Shown: positions 1 to 10,159 of the stretch, in pieces
How positions within the stretch are numbered: the stretch's first letter is position 1
Layout: each line of letters opens with the position of its first letter
Assembly (NCBI GenBank): GCA_045645465.1
Contig: JAZRIV010000007.1
Coordinates: 5,114-69,113, forward strand
Origin: Candidatus Egerieisoma sp.
GTDB lineage: Bacteria; Bacteroidota; Bacteroidia; Bacteroidales; UBA932
Length of the DNA: 64,000 nucleotides
Reading direction: 5' to 3'
Made by a program: the position numbers and the translations under genes
The notes under the pieces: generated by a model
The model's input: the letters and a program-made list of their open reading frames with translations, nothing else
Database searches by the model: none
Told to the model about the DNA's origin: nothing

Positions 1-99
1 AATCGCTCCTGCCGGAGCCTCTGTACCATTAAGCACCTGGGCATTCATCTGTAAACCTGCAACCATAAATGCCACCAAAAACAATGCAATTTTTTTCAT
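1..99 (-). CDS. 5' end of a secreted or lipoprotein-type gene running off the left edge (partial)
   Basis: ATG at 99-97 on the minus strand gives MKKIALFLVAFMVAGLQMNAQVLNG..., a signal-peptide-like N-terminus. The frame stays open to the window edge. Confidence 0.4.
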   Translation of the reverse strand, partial: MKKIALFLVAFMVAGLQMNAQVLNGTEAPAGAI

Positions 100-104
100 A
101 ATTT

Positions 105-1070
105 CTACATTTGACAATTTCTAAAAGGCTTGCAGCCATATATTCTCTCATACTCAACACATTCGTCGGGAGTAAGATCCTTTTTCCATCTCTTATGGCT
201 CCACAACCAGTTAACTTTATTTGCAAAGATATCTTTTTGCAAAAAGTATGCAAATTTTCTTGTAAGTTCCCCGTGAGGTATCCCCTTGGTATTCTCTTCA
301 ATAAGGGTAAACCGTATCTCATATTTTCCTCTTGCCACCCTGTCAAATCCCATATAAACCATTGGAATGCTCAATTTTGCAGAAACATACTCCGCCCCCG
401 CAAAGAACAATGTAGGCTGGTTAAGAAAATCTGCCACCACCCGCTCCTCTTTTGGAGACTGGTCTGCAATGAAAATATACAACCCCGTAGCTTTCTTGTC
501 CTTAAGGATATGCCTTAAAATACTGCGGGACTCCAGAATATGCCCGCTGTTGCCAGATTTGCGGAAAGCCAACATCCTCATCTTAACAAAAAACTCATCA
601 AATATCTTGCTCTTTGCACTTTTGTAGCTCAGATAAATATTATGCAATGCAAATCCCCCTGTTACCAACGCACCTTGCGGCCCGCAAGAAGCTCCAAACA
701 ATTCCCAGTTTCCCAAATGCCCCATAACCACCACTATCTTGGAATGCTTTGCACAAAGTTCATCCATCACCTTCCTGTCGGGAACAGAAACAACCTCACA
801 AATCTGTTTCTGGCTTGCACTTATTGCCCAAATGCTCTCAAAAGTAATGTCAAGCATATACTTGTAATACTCCTTGCGCCACTTTTTTATCTCCCCATAC
901 TTTGCCTGCGGAAAACTTCTGGCCATGTTAATGTCAATCACACTGCGCCTGTACCCGAACAGATTAAGCAAGAATGCACAAAAATCCGACAGGAAGTAAA
1001 AGAACCTCCTTGGCAACAGTGAGACCACATACATTGTCCCCCACAAAATCCAAAACAAAAGCTTATGCAT
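105..1070 (-). CDS. LpxL/HtrB-like lipid A (lysophospholipid) acyltransferase family protein
   Basis: Translation from ATG 1070 starts MHKLLFWILWGTMYVVSLLPRRFFYFLSDF... and has the HX4E-type motif in VVMGHLGNWELFG. The ORF-track start at 1223 would run through the upstream gene and its terminator, so the internal ATG is preferred. Confidence 0.8.
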   Translation of the reverse strand: MHKLLFWILWGTMYVVSLLPRRFFYFLSDFCAFLLNLFGYRRSVIDINMARSFPQAKYGEIKKWRKEYYKYMLDITFESIWAISASQKQICEVVSVPDRKVMDELCAKHSKIVVVMGHLGNWELFGASCGPQGALVTGGFALHNIYLSYKSAKSKIFDEFFVKMRMLAFRKSGNSGHILESRSILRHILKDKKATGLYIFIADQSPKEERVVADFLNQPTLFFAGAEYVSAKLSIPMVYMGFDRVARGKYEIRFTLIEENTKGIPHGELTRKFAYFLQKDIFANKVNWLWSHKRWKKDLTPDECVEYERIYGCKPFRNCQM

Positions 1071-1110
1071 AATCCCTAAAACTTTCTTCCCGACAAAAAA
1101 CAAATTTAAT

Positions 1111-1140
1111 AAAAAAAGCCGGCTCCGCAAAGGAACCGGC
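1111..1140 (-). terminator. Rho-independent terminator of the POT transporter gene
   Basis: GCCGGCTCC (1118-1126) and GGAACCGGC (1132-1140) form a stem with one G-T pair around a 5-nt loop. An A7 run at 1111-1117 gives the T-run on the minus strand, 25 nt after the stop at 1165. Confidence 0.7.
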
Positions 1141-1164
1141 TCATATATGTAAAGTTGAATAAAA

Positions 1165-2724
1165 TTACGCAGTAACTCTCTCCAACCATTTGACCATACC
1201 AAGCATAACGCCCATAGATACAAGACATACTACCAAGAATACTGTCCAACACTGCCAGATTGGCCAAGCGTTGTACATAAGAGGTCCAATCCACAATAGA
1301 AGGTTACCAAGAGCGGTAGCGGTTAGCCATAGACCCTGGCAAAGGCCAAGCAAGTTCTTAGGAGCAACCTTAGAAACGAATGACAAACCAAGTGGAGAGA
1401 TGAACAACTCTGCAACGGTCAGGAAGAAGTAAACAGCAATAAGTACCCACCAGTGAGCCTTGTTAGCCATCTGCTCTGCAATTGGAAGAGCTTTGTAAGC
1501 GTCTGCTGAAGGATAACCTTTCATCATTGAGAAAATAGCAAGGAACAAGAATGCCAAACCTGCAATGAACATACCTATAGCAATCTTGCGTGGAGTGGAG
1601 ATAGCTTTGCCCTTTTTAGCAAGAGCAGCAAAGATTGCCATAATAACTGGGGTAAGGGTAATTACAAAGAATGGGTTGATAGCCTGCCAGATCTCTGGAG
1701 CAACTGCCGATGAATCTACAAAGTCACGAGCAAAGAATGAAAGTGACATACCATTCTGGTGGAATGAGAACCAGAAGAAGATTACAATACCAAGCACTGC
1801 AAACAAAGCATACATTCTCTGTTTGATCTCTTTTGCCATAGCAGCCTTCTCCTCTGCAGTATACTCAACGCTCTGAGCAGCAACTTTCTTGGCAGGGGTT
1901 GGGAACATCTTCTGTGAGAAGAAGAAGATAACCAATGAAATGACCATAGCTGCAACTGAAGCAATGAATGAGTAGTGGATACCCTCATTAAAGATCTGCA
2001 AGTAGCTCTGGCAAGAAGCAGCCAAGTCTGTAATCTGACCACCAGCTTTAACCATAAGCTCCTGCAAGTTTGCAAGTGCCTCTGGAGCCATTGCAGCTGC
2101 TGCGTTAATGTACTCGTGGCAAAGAGCTGGAAGCTGTGCATTGTACTCCATACCGTTAGTACCCAACCACCACTGGCGTAGAACCGGAGCTACAAAAGGA
2201 GCAATAAGACCACCTACGTTAATGAACACATAGAAAATCTGGAAACCTGCATCACGTTTGTCTTTAGCCTCTTTAAGTGCCTCTTCACCTTTTTTGGCAG
2301 CCTCAGCCTCAAAGTCATCATACATCTGACCAACGATAGCCTGAAGGTTACCTTTAAACAAACCGTTACCAAATGCAATAAGGAACAAAGCAAGACAAGT
2401 AAGAGAAAGCAACCAGGTAGTATTACCTGCAGTTGCAAGGATAGGAATAGAAAGGATAATGTAACCTGTTGCCATAATTACAAGACCTGTCTTGATGGTA
2501 CCCTTATAGTTCTGTGTACGGTCTGCAATAAGACCACCTACAAGAGCAAGAATATAGATACCAGCATAGAAGCAAGAGTAGATTGTACCACTCACACCCT
2601 CGCTCAAACCAAATTTTGAACATAGGAACAATACAAGAACGGCGTTCATAATGTAATAACCGAAACGCTCTCCCATGTTACTTAGAGCTGCTGCAAGCAA
2701 CCCTTTAGGATGTCCTTTAAACAT
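1165..2724 (-). CDS. POT/PTR2 family proton-dependent oligopeptide transporter
   Basis: 519-aa polytopic membrane protein. The N-terminus MFKGHPKGLLAAALSNMGERFGYYIMNAVLVLFL matches the ExxERFxYY signature region of the POT family. Confidence 0.9.
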   Translation of the reverse strand: MFKGHPKGLLAAALSNMGERFGYYIMNAVLVLFLCSKFGLSEGVSGTIYSCFYAGIYILALVGGLIADRTQNYKGTIKTGLVIMATGYIILSIPILATAGNTTWLLSLTCLALFLIAFGNGLFKGNLQAIVGQMYDDFEAEAAKKGEEALKEAKDKRDAGFQIFYVFINVGGLIAPFVAPVLRQWWLGTNGMEYNAQLPALCHEYINAAAAMAPEALANLQELMVKAGGQITDLAASCQSYLQIFNEGIHYSFIASVAAMVISLVIFFFSQKMFPTPAKKVAAQSVEYTAEEKAAMAKEIKQRMYALFAVLGIVIFFWFSFHQNGMSLSFFARDFVDSSAVAPEIWQAINPFFVITLTPVIMAIFAALAKKGKAISTPRKIAIGMFIAGLAFLFLAIFSMMKGYPSADAYKALPIAEQMANKAHWWVLIAVYFFLTVAELFISPLGLSFVSKVAPKNLLGLCQGLWLTATALGNLLLWIGPLMYNAWPIWQCWTVFLVVCLVSMGVMLGMVKWLERVTA

Positions 2725-2866
2725 AAATTATAGATTTTAGATTATTAATGATTTTTGGTTATAATTATTCCAATTTTTAAAACATATTTGGCAAAGATAT
2801 AAATATTTGGCATTTTTTAAGCATTTTTGCGTAAAACAGGAGCCAAAAAGTTATATTTGTACCGCT

Positions 2867-4027
2867 ATGGATAAAGCAGCTGTTGTAATATTGAACTGGA
2901 ACGGGGAGAAATTTCTCAGAAAATATCTTCCTGCACTTGTTGCGAACACCACACTGAGCGGTGTTTCCATTATTGTTGCAGACAACTGCTCTTCAGACAA
3001 TTCCATAGTATTCCTGCAAGGGAATTACCCACAGATAAGGCTTATACAATTAGACAAGAACTACGGATTTACCGGAGGATACAACCGCGCCCTGGCGCAA
3101 GTGGAAGCGGAATACTTCATTCTGCTGAATTCAGACATTCTTGTTCCCAATAGCTGGCTGGAACCTCTCATTTCATTTATGGACAAAAATCCTCAGGTGG
3201 GGATATGCCAACCCAAGATGCTCTCTGAAGCAAGGCATCAGCAATTGTGCATTGAAACTACAGGGAAAGAGGATCTCACAGGGCTGTTCAAAGTTTCCGG
3301 CAACAGTTGCTCTGGGGATAAAGATTCTGGCGGGAAGGATAACAGCAATGATTTGTCGGGAAGAAAATTTGAGACATTTGAATATGCAGGTGCCTGCGGT
3401 GGTTATATAGATGTATTGGGATTCCCTTTCTGCAGGGGAAGGGTGCTCTCAACCGTAGAAGAGGACAAAGGGCAATATAATGCTCCTGCACAGGTTTTCT
3501 GGGCATCGGGAGCCTGTATGGTAGTGAGAAGCAAAGTTTGGAGAGAGCTTGGAGGGTTGGATGAAGGGTTCTTTGCCCATATGGAGGAGATTGACTTCTG
3601 CTGGAGGGCCCAATTGCACGGACACCAGGTTTGGGCAGTACCGCAGAGCTGTGTTTTCCACGTTGGTGGGGGAACTTTACCAAACAACTCTCCAAGGAAA
3701 CTTTTCCTCAACTACCGCAACAACCTGCTTATGCTCTATAAGAATCTCCCTTTTAATGAGGGTTGGGAGGCGTTTGGTTTGAAAAAAGGGAACCGTAACT
3801 TTTATATCTTCTTAAGGATGTGTGTAGACGGGCTTACCGCCATTGTATATCTGCTGCAACTTAAATGGAGTTTTTTTACAGCAGTTCCAAAAGCTCATAG
3901 TGCATTCCGCAAAATAAAAAAAGAAACGGCAGTTACCCTACCGGATAACCGCCGTCACATTCCTTATGGCATCTCACCCAAAAGTCTCATTTTAGAAAAG
4001 CTCTTTGGAAGAACCATCAGATTCTAA
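2867..4027 (+). CDS. Family 2 glycosyltransferase (rhamnosyltransferase-like) with an internal low-complexity insertion
   Basis: Translation from ATG 2867 starts MDKAAVVILNWNGEKFL. Other GT2 hallmarks are ADNCSSDNS, FEYAGACGGYID, FWASGACMVV and FFAHMEEIDFCWR. Confidence 0.8.
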   Translation: MDKAAVVILNWNGEKFLRKYLPALVANTTLSGVSIIVADNCSSDNSIVFLQGNYPQIRLIQLDKNYGFTGGYNRALAQVEAEYFILLNSDILVPNSWLEPLISFMDKNPQVGICQPKMLSEARHQQLCIETTGKEDLTGLFKVSGNSCSGDKDSGGKDNSNDLSGRKFETFEYAGACGGYIDVLGFPFCRGRVLSTVEEDKGQYNAPAQVFWASGACMVVRSKVWRELGGLDEGFFAHMEEIDFCWRAQLHGHQVWAVPQSCVFHVGGGTLPNNSPRKLFLNYRNNLLMLYKNLPFNEGWEAFGLKKGNRNFYIFLRMCVDGLTAIVYLLQLKWSFFTAVPKAHSAFRKIKKETAVTLPDNRRHIPYGISPKSLILEKLFGRTIRF

Positions 4028-4031
4028 CCTG

Positions 4032-4325
4032 TCAAATTGTTGAATCAACGCTCCAGCTGAAGGCCCTAAGACCCATCAGAGGGTTGTTCTCATCCAAGAC
4101 TTTAAGCCTTTTCATAAAGATCTCGGATATATTATCCTCTACAATTGCAATCATTGCAGAGTTAAGGGTAGGCCAGGCGTGGTCACCAAGGTGAGGCTCA
4201 CCTCCACGTGAACCTCTACCTGTAACCTCTTCCCAGTTTGTATAGCCCTTTACACCGGCCTTTAGCATAATATCAAGAATCTCATCCTTGAATGCCTGGT
4301 TATATGATATAAAAACTGCTTTCAT
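4032..4325 (-). CDS. Small P-II-like / transporter-associated protein (PG0541-like), last gene of the efflux operon
   Basis: 97-aa soluble protein (MKAVFISYNQAFKDEILDIMLKAGVKGYTNWEEVTGRGS...) lying 24 nt downstream of the RND pump. The family assignment is from memory of similar Bacteroidetes proteins and is not verified. Confidence 0.5.
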   Translation of the reverse strand: MKAVFISYNQAFKDEILDIMLKAGVKGYTNWEEVTGRGSRGGEPHLGDHAWPTLNSAMIAIVEDNISEIFMKRLKVLDENNPLMGLRAFSWSVDSTI

Positions 4326-4349
4326 CTTATACTTTTTACTGGGTTAACA

Positions 4350-7300
4350 CTATTTTGCAAGGGCTTTCATTGCCTTAAGCTCAGCCTTCCTCTTCTTCTT
4401 GAGGCCATTGCCTGCAAATACACAATACATTACCGGTACAATCACAAGGGTAATAAGGGTTGATACTGAAAGACCCCAAGCCACACAAGTACCCAAGCCT
4501 CTCCACATCTCGGCACCCTCACCGGTACCAATTGCCATTGGAACCATACCCAACACAGTGGTAAGGGTTGTCATAAGTACAGGACGGAGACGTGATCTTC
4601 CCGATGTAACAATGGACAATGCAATACCCATTCCCCTCTCACGGCAAAGGATGATATAGTCGATAAGCACAATACCGTTCTTAACCACAATACCCATAAG
4701 CATAATCAGACCAATCATTGACATTACGTTAAGAGGCTGTCCGGTAACCACAAATCCCATAATCACACCCACAAAGGCAAACGGAATTGAGAACATGATT
4801 ACAAACGGATATGTAAGTGACTCAAACTGTGCCGCCATTACAATGAACACCAGGATAATGATAAGGGCCATAAGCAAAATCAGATCTCCGAATGTCTCCT
4901 GTTGGTCCTCATATGTACCTCCAAGCTGCCAGCTCATACCCATTGGAAGGGTAGTTGCAGCCATAAACTTGTTTGTCTCGTTTACAAGGTCAGACATTGC
5001 CATACCTTTTGGTACAATGGCAGTAACTTTTACAAGACGCTCACGGTCCTTTCTGTCAATTGCAGGAGGGGTAAGAATCTCCTTAACATCTCCAAGGTCC
5101 CTAAGCTTGATACCCTGACCCATTGCATTATAAATGGTAATGTTCTCAATATCCTCTACAGTTGTACGGAATTCAGGGGCATATCTGATAATGATATCAT
5201 ACTCCTCTCCGTCCTCTCTGAAGTAAGAAGCTGTAACACCATTTATGCGGTTTCTCAAATAAGTGGAAACTGTAGCAGTATTAAGGCCGTTAAGGGCAAT
5301 CTTCTCACGGTCAAAATCAACCTGGAACTCAGGAGTATACTCGTCACGGCTTACAATAACCTGTTTTACGCCAGGGATGCTGCGGAAACCTTTTTCAACC
5401 ATATCTGCAGCCTTATCCGAATTTGTAAAGTCGTGTCCATAGATCTCAACCTCTACAGAAGCCTCGCCTCCCATTCCACCGCCCTGTCCGCCGGCTGTAA
5501 CCTGGAATGTCCTGATAATAGGATACTCAGACAAATCATTACGCATCATATCACATATCTCAAACACACTTCTTTCACGGTCCTCAATACTTCCTATGTT
5601 TATATTGAAACTCATTGCGTGTGTACCGCCGCCCTGCATAAGCTCAAAGGCACTGTTGCTGGAACCTGATGCACCCTCACTTACGTTACAGGTAATGATC
5701 TCGGGATATTTTGTCATAAACTTGTTTACAAGTTCCAAAGCCAAATCTCTGGTAATATCCTGTCTTGTACCCATAGGCAACTTAACGGAAACCGAGATAC
5801 GTCCGTCATCCGATGCAGGGAAATACTCGCTCTTTACAAGTGAACCGCCGCCAACTACCACAAAGATGAAGAATGCAAATGCAATTACAATGGTCTTTCT
5901 CCTGTTCTTCACACACCACGCAAGCAGTTTTGCATAACCGCCGTCCAACCAGGTAAGGAAGTTGTGGAACGGAGTAAGTACAATTCTCTGGAACTTGCCC
6001 TTATGAGGGTTAAGTCTCAACATCTGCGAGCACAACATTGGGATAAGGGTAAGAGCACCAACAGTTGAAACAATCATAATGATACTTACAATCCAGCCCA
6101 ACTGACGGAACATCACACCGGCCATACCGTTGATCATTGTCAAAGGAAGGAATACCGCCAACATTGTAAGGGTAGATGCAATAACTGAGATTGCCACCTC
6201 ATTTGTTGCATATACAGCAGCACTCTTAGGACGGCTTCCCCTCTCAATATGGGTTGTAACGTTCTCCAATACCACAATGGCATCATCCACCACCATACCA
6301 ATTGCAATTGACAACGAGCTCAATGAAATGATGTTAAGAGAGTTGCCGGTAGCAAACAAATAAACCAAAGATGCCAACAATGAAATAGGGATTGTAAGCA
6401 TAATGATAAATGTAGCCCTCCATCTTCCCAAGAAGAGGTATACAACCACCATAACCACCAGGAATGTGATTGCAATAGTCTCACCCAATGATTTTATGGT
6501 GTTTATGATATTGTCTGATGAATCTATAATAACACCAATCTTCACATCTGAAGGCAAGTTTGCCTGCAGCTGAGGCAATATCTCCTTAACTTTTTTGGAA
6601 ATGTTTACTGAGTTTGCTCCCGACTGTTTCTGCACAATAATCATTCCACCCCTCTTTCCATTGTTGAAAGTCTCCCTTGAGCGCTCCTCAAGACCATCCT
6701 GGATGGTTGCAACATCCTTAAGATATACAGGTCTGCCGTTTCTCACACCCACTACAAGGGTAGCCATCTCCTCTGCACTTGCAAACTCTTTCTGTACACG
6801 CAATGAATATGTGTTTGATCCAACATCAATCTGGCCGGCAGGCATATTCATGTTCTCAGCACCAATGATGCTTGCAATTGACTCAATTGGAATATTGTAA
6901 GCCTCAAGTTTGTGAGGATCACAATAAATTGTAAGCTGACGCTGCGGCGCACCTGAGATTGATACTGTACCTACACCGCCAAGACGTGCAATAGGGTTTA
7001 CCACAATATCATCCAATATCTTGTACAAACCAGGAGTACTCTCCTCTGCTGTTACAGAAAGCAACAGGATTGGAATTGCATCCGCACCAAACTTAAAAAT
7101 CATAGGATTGTCCACGTTATCTGGAAGCATCTGTTTTACAAGCTCCAGCTTGTCGCGGACATCATTTGTTGCCACATCAATATCAATACCATACTCAAAC
7201 TCCAAAGTAACAATGGAAACGTTCTCTCTTGAGCTTGAAGAGATGTGTTTAAGGTCACTCACACTATTGAGAGTGTTCTCCATTGGTTTGGTAACGTTAT

Positions 7301-7481
7301 TCTCAATATCGGAAGCATTCGCACCCTGGTAAGTTGTCATTACCATAATGGTGTTTGTCTCAATCTCCGGAATAAGGTCAATTGGGATATTGACAAGGGA
7401 GAAGAGACCAAAGATAGCCACTGCCACAAAAATGAGGGCTGTGGTTATAGGTTTCTTTACCGCTGATTGATATAAACTCAT
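4350..7481 (-). CDS. RND (AcrB/HAE-type) efflux permease
   Basis: 1043 aa with 12-TM RND architecture. It starts MSLYQSAVKKPITTALIFVAVAIFG and has the family-typical GMVVDDAIVVLEN motif. Confidence 0.95.
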   Translation of the reverse strand: MSLYQSAVKKPITTALIFVAVAIFGLFSLVNIPIDLIPEIETNTIMVMTTYQGANASDIENNVTKPMENTLNSVSDLKHISSSSRENVSIVTLEFEYGIDIDVATNDVRDKLELVKQMLPDNVDNPMIFKFGADAIPILLLSVTAEESTPGLYKILDDIVVNPIARLGGVGTVSISGAPQRQLTIYCDPHKLEAYNIPIESIASIIGAENMNMPAGQIDVGSNTYSLRVQKEFASAEEMATLVVGVRNGRPVYLKDVATIQDGLEERSRETFNNGKRGGMIIVQKQSGANSVNISKKVKEILPQLQANLPSDVKIGVIIDSSDNIINTIKSLGETIAITFLVVMVVVYLFLGRWRATFIIMLTIPISLLASLVYLFATGNSLNIISLSSLSIAIGMVVDDAIVVLENVTTHIERGSRPKSAAVYATNEVAISVIASTLTMLAVFLPLTMINGMAGVMFRQLGWIVSIIMIVSTVGALTLIPMLCSQMLRLNPHKGKFQRIVLTPFHNFLTWLDGGYAKLLAWCVKNRRKTIVIAFAFFIFVVVGGGSLVKSEYFPASDDGRISVSVKLPMGTRQDITRDLALELVNKFMTKYPEIITCNVSEGASGSSNSAFELMQGGGTHAMSFNINIGSIEDRERSVFEICDMMRNDLSEYPIIRTFQVTAGGQGGGMGGEASVEVEIYGHDFTNSDKAADMVEKGFRSIPGVKQVIVSRDEYTPEFQVDFDREKIALNGLNTATVSTYLRNRINGVTASYFREDGEEYDIIIRYAPEFRTTVEDIENITIYNAMGQGIKLRDLGDVKEILTPPAIDRKDRERLVKVTAIVPKGMAMSDLVNETNKFMAATTLPMGMSWQLGGTYEDQQETFGDLILLMALIIILVFIVMAAQFESLTYPFVIMFSIPFAFVGVIMGFVVTGQPLNVMSMIGLIMLMGIVVKNGIVLIDYIILCRERGMGIALSIVTSGRSRLRPVLMTTLTTVLGMVPMAIGTGEGAEMWRGLGTCVAWGLSVSTLITLVIVPVMYCVFAGNGLKKKRKAELKAMKALAK

Positions 7482-7526
7482 TTTCAGTTCTTTCTAATTG
7501 TTCAAAATTACCTTTGCAGCTGCAGC

Positions 7527-8564
7527 TTATTTCACAATCTCTGCCTTGCCACCGTTTACTACTCTTGAGTGTCCCTCTGTAACCACATTATCACCAGAAG
7601 CAACACCGCTTACAAGCTCGTACTCTGTATCCATCCTTCTGCCCAACTCCACTTTCTTGAACTCAATTGTACCATTGTTATAAACGTACACATATCTGTC
7701 ACCTGAACCTGTCTGTTTTACAACTGCCTTGTCTGGAACCACAACGTGATTTGCAGTACCGTATGAGAATGTTACCCTTGCAAACATACCAGGACGTACT
7801 CTCTGGTTTGCATTAGCAATTGTAATCTCTACAGGGAATGTTCTGGTAGCAGCATCAATTGTAGGATAAACCAAAGATACTTTACCTTTGAAAATCTCAT
7901 CTCCGTAAACATCAAGTTTCACATCTACCTCCATACCCTTTTTAATTTGGGTAAACAGTTTCTCTGAAACGTTAACTTTAAGTTTCACAGGTGTTATCTG
8001 CTCAACAACATATACTGGAGCAGCCATAGCATACATATCACCTGCATCATAGTTTCTTGCAGTAACAATACCGTTAACCGGGCTTCTTAAAATAGTGTTC
8101 TCCAGAAGATTGTTGTAGTTGCTTCTTGAAACATTTGCAGCCATCTTCATTGCATCCCAGTTGCTCTTTGAAATGCCGCCAACCTGATAAAGCTGGTCAA
8201 TTCTGGCAAACTCAATAGAGTCATTTACCATTTTAAGTCTTGCCTGCTCAAGGTTTGTAGCATCAAGAGTTGCAAGTATCTGTCCTTTCTTTACGTTGTC
8301 ACCAACCTCAACAAGAACCTTTTTGATTCTAAGGCTCATCATAGGTGAAATGTTGTTCTTCACCTCTGCCTCAACAGTTGCTGTAAATGTCTCAATCTGC
8401 TCAACCTCCCTCTCAAAAACTTGCTGGGTCTTAACCTGTGGGATAACCTCTACCTCAACAGCCTCACCCTCACCTGATTTGCAGGAGAAAACCACTCCTG
8501 CCAACAATAGTACCGATAGTGCTCTATACAAACTTTTCATATCTATAATTTTAATATTTTCCAT
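7527..8564 (-). CDS. RND periplasmic adaptor (membrane fusion protein, HlyD family) lipoprotein
   Basis: Lipobox LLAGVVFSC, then a biotinyl-lipoyl-like motif (VGDNVKKGQILATLD) and a beta-barrel region. Its ATG directly abuts the TolC stop (TAAATG). Confidence 0.9.
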   Translation of the reverse strand: MENIKIIDMKSLYRALSVLLLAGVVFSCKSGEGEAVEVEVIPQVKTQQVFEREVEQIETFTATVEAEVKNNISPMMSLRIKKVLVEVGDNVKKGQILATLDATNLEQARLKMVNDSIEFARIDQLYQVGGISKSNWDAMKMAANVSRSNYNNLLENTILRSPVNGIVTARNYDAGDMYAMAAPVYVVEQITPVKLKVNVSEKLFTQIKKGMEVDVKLDVYGDEIFKGKVSLVYPTIDAATRTFPVEITIANANQRVRPGMFARVTFSYGTANHVVVPDKAVVKQTGSGDRYVYVYNNGTIEFKKVELGRRMDTEYELVSGVASGDNVVTEGHSRVVNGGKAEIVK

Positions 8565-9902
8565 TTATTCGTTAATCTGGTTTACACCCAAAATTTTATC
8601 CAAAGAAGATTTTAGAGTCATATATGTATACACAGACTGGTTAAGGTTCAACCTTGCCTGCAACATACCCAACTGCGCATCCTGAAGCTCCAACAATGTA
8701 CCGCTTCCAACATCATATCTTTTCTTTGCTATCTCATATCCGGCCTGAGCCCCCTCTATAGTCTTCTGAGCTGCCTGATATTGTTTAAGGCTGGTTTCAA
8801 GAGAGTTAAGCACCTGCATTACACTAACCTCAAGGTTTCTTATTGCATCCTCTTTCTGAAGTGCAAGCTGCTCCTGCTGAACACGTGTCTGTCTCAGTTC
8901 ATTCCTCTTCTGTCCACCTGCAAAAATAGGGATAGACAAGGCAACTGCACCTGTTGAATAAGGGTTCCATTTATATTCACCTATCCTCAAATGCTCCGAC
9001 ATTGCTATCCAGTTGTATGAGAGCTGGGCTGCAAGTGTAGGATAATATTTTGCAAGTTGCATCTCGTATGTCTTGTCAAGCATCCTCTCCTGAATATCCA
9101 ACTGCTTGATTGCAGAGTTGTTCTCTACAGAAAGGTTATCATAAGAGGCAGTTGAAGCAACAGCACTCTCATAATCTGAAAGGGAACCTGTGCACTCTAT
9201 CTCCTGTGCCAAATCCAATCCAATAAGAGCTTTAAGTCTCCAGTTTGCAAGAACAATGCTGTTCTGCGCATCATACACATTAGGCTCTGCGTTCTGCATT
9301 GCAACTTCTGCACTCAAAAGCTCAAACTTTGAAGCAAGACCTGTATCAAATTTTGCCTTAACATCATTGTAATTGTCTTTTGCGTTGTCATAGTTCTCTT
9401 TGTAAACATTGTAAAGGTCCTTAGCCAACAACACACCATAGAAAGCCTGCTGCACCTGGTCAATCAAATCTACTCTTGAACCTTTAGCTTTCTCCACTGC
9501 CAGTTCCACATCCATACCTGTAATCTGAATAGCCTTCCAAAGCTGCACATTAACCAAAGGTAGAGCAGCTGTAAATCCTGCAGACCAAGTGTTGTTTACA
9601 CCAACTGTTATCTCCATCTCCTGCTCACCCATATTCATAACCATCTTCTGTTTCTTTATGGCACGCTGGTAACTGCCGCTGAAATCAATCTGAGGGAACA
9701 AAGAGGCGTATGTACCTTTCTCTGCATACTCTGTCCTCTTAATCTCCTTGTCTGCCACCTTTACTGCTATGTTCTCGCTCATTGCAACCTTAAGAGCATC
9801 ATCCAAGGTAAGGTGCAATGTATCCTGCGCCCAAGCAGAAGAAGACATAAATAGGGTTGCAACCACTGCAACCACGAACATTGTAAATTTAGTTCTTCTC
9901 AT
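8565..9902 (-). CDS. TolC family outer membrane efflux protein
   Basis: Signal peptide MRRTKFTMFVVAVVATLFMSSSAWAQ from ATG 9902 (the ORF-track start at 9926 is a TTG). Duplicated coiled-coil/barrel repeats are typical of the OMF family. Confidence 0.9.
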   Translation of the reverse strand: MRRTKFTMFVVAVVATLFMSSSAWAQDTLHLTLDDALKVAMSENIAVKVADKEIKRTEYAEKGTYASLFPQIDFSGSYQRAIKKQKMVMNMGEQEMEITVGVNNTWSAGFTAALPLVNVQLWKAIQITGMDVELAVEKAKGSRVDLIDQVQQAFYGVLLAKDLYNVYKENYDNAKDNYNDVKAKFDTGLASKFELLSAEVAMQNAEPNVYDAQNSIVLANWRLKALIGLDLAQEIECTGSLSDYESAVASTASYDNLSVENNSAIKQLDIQERMLDKTYEMQLAKYYPTLAAQLSYNWIAMSEHLRIGEYKWNPYSTGAVALSIPIFAGGQKRNELRQTRVQQEQLALQKEDAIRNLEVSVMQVLNSLETSLKQYQAAQKTIEGAQAGYEIAKKRYDVGSGTLLELQDAQLGMLQARLNLNQSVYTYMTLKSSLDKILGVNQINE

Positions 9903-10107
9903 TTTTTTATCTTTAATAATTATCAATTTTCAAAAACCAGTAAACCGGCTGCAAATATCTTGCAATAATACTCAAGAAATTTGGCGCAAAAATAAGTATT
10001 TTGGTTTAAAACTTAATAAACATATTGCCATTATTCCCGACAGTAGGTCATCCTGATATTTTTTATTCCAAAAAACAACAACATTCGCACAAAAAACTCC
10101 AAAAAAC

Positions 10108-10115
10108 TATCTTTG
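10108..10115 (+). promoter_or_regulatory. Bacteroidetes -7 promoter box (TATCTTTG) upstream of the AraC regulator
   Basis: Exact match to the TAnnTTTG consensus, 45 nt before ATG 10160. Confidence 0.5.
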
Positions 10116-10159
10116 CATAGATTTTGCAACCAAATTTTTCTACAAAATCCAAAACTGAA

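Noticed and set aside
29-346. 105-aa ORF on the minus strand at the left edge. This entry also covers the many 60-260-aa ORFs lying antisense or out of frame inside long genes, e.g. 4902-5669, 23438-24214, 47359-48075 and 62137-62673.
   Set aside because: They overlap well-supported CDSs with clear family motifs. Their compositions are typical of antisense or shifted frames, and they have no independent start or promoter context.
1070-1223. Long N-terminal extension of the acyltransferase ORF overlapping the POT transporter gene by ~60 nt.
   Set aside because: The extension crosses the transporter's terminator hairpin and stop. The family-typical N-terminus begins at Met 1070.
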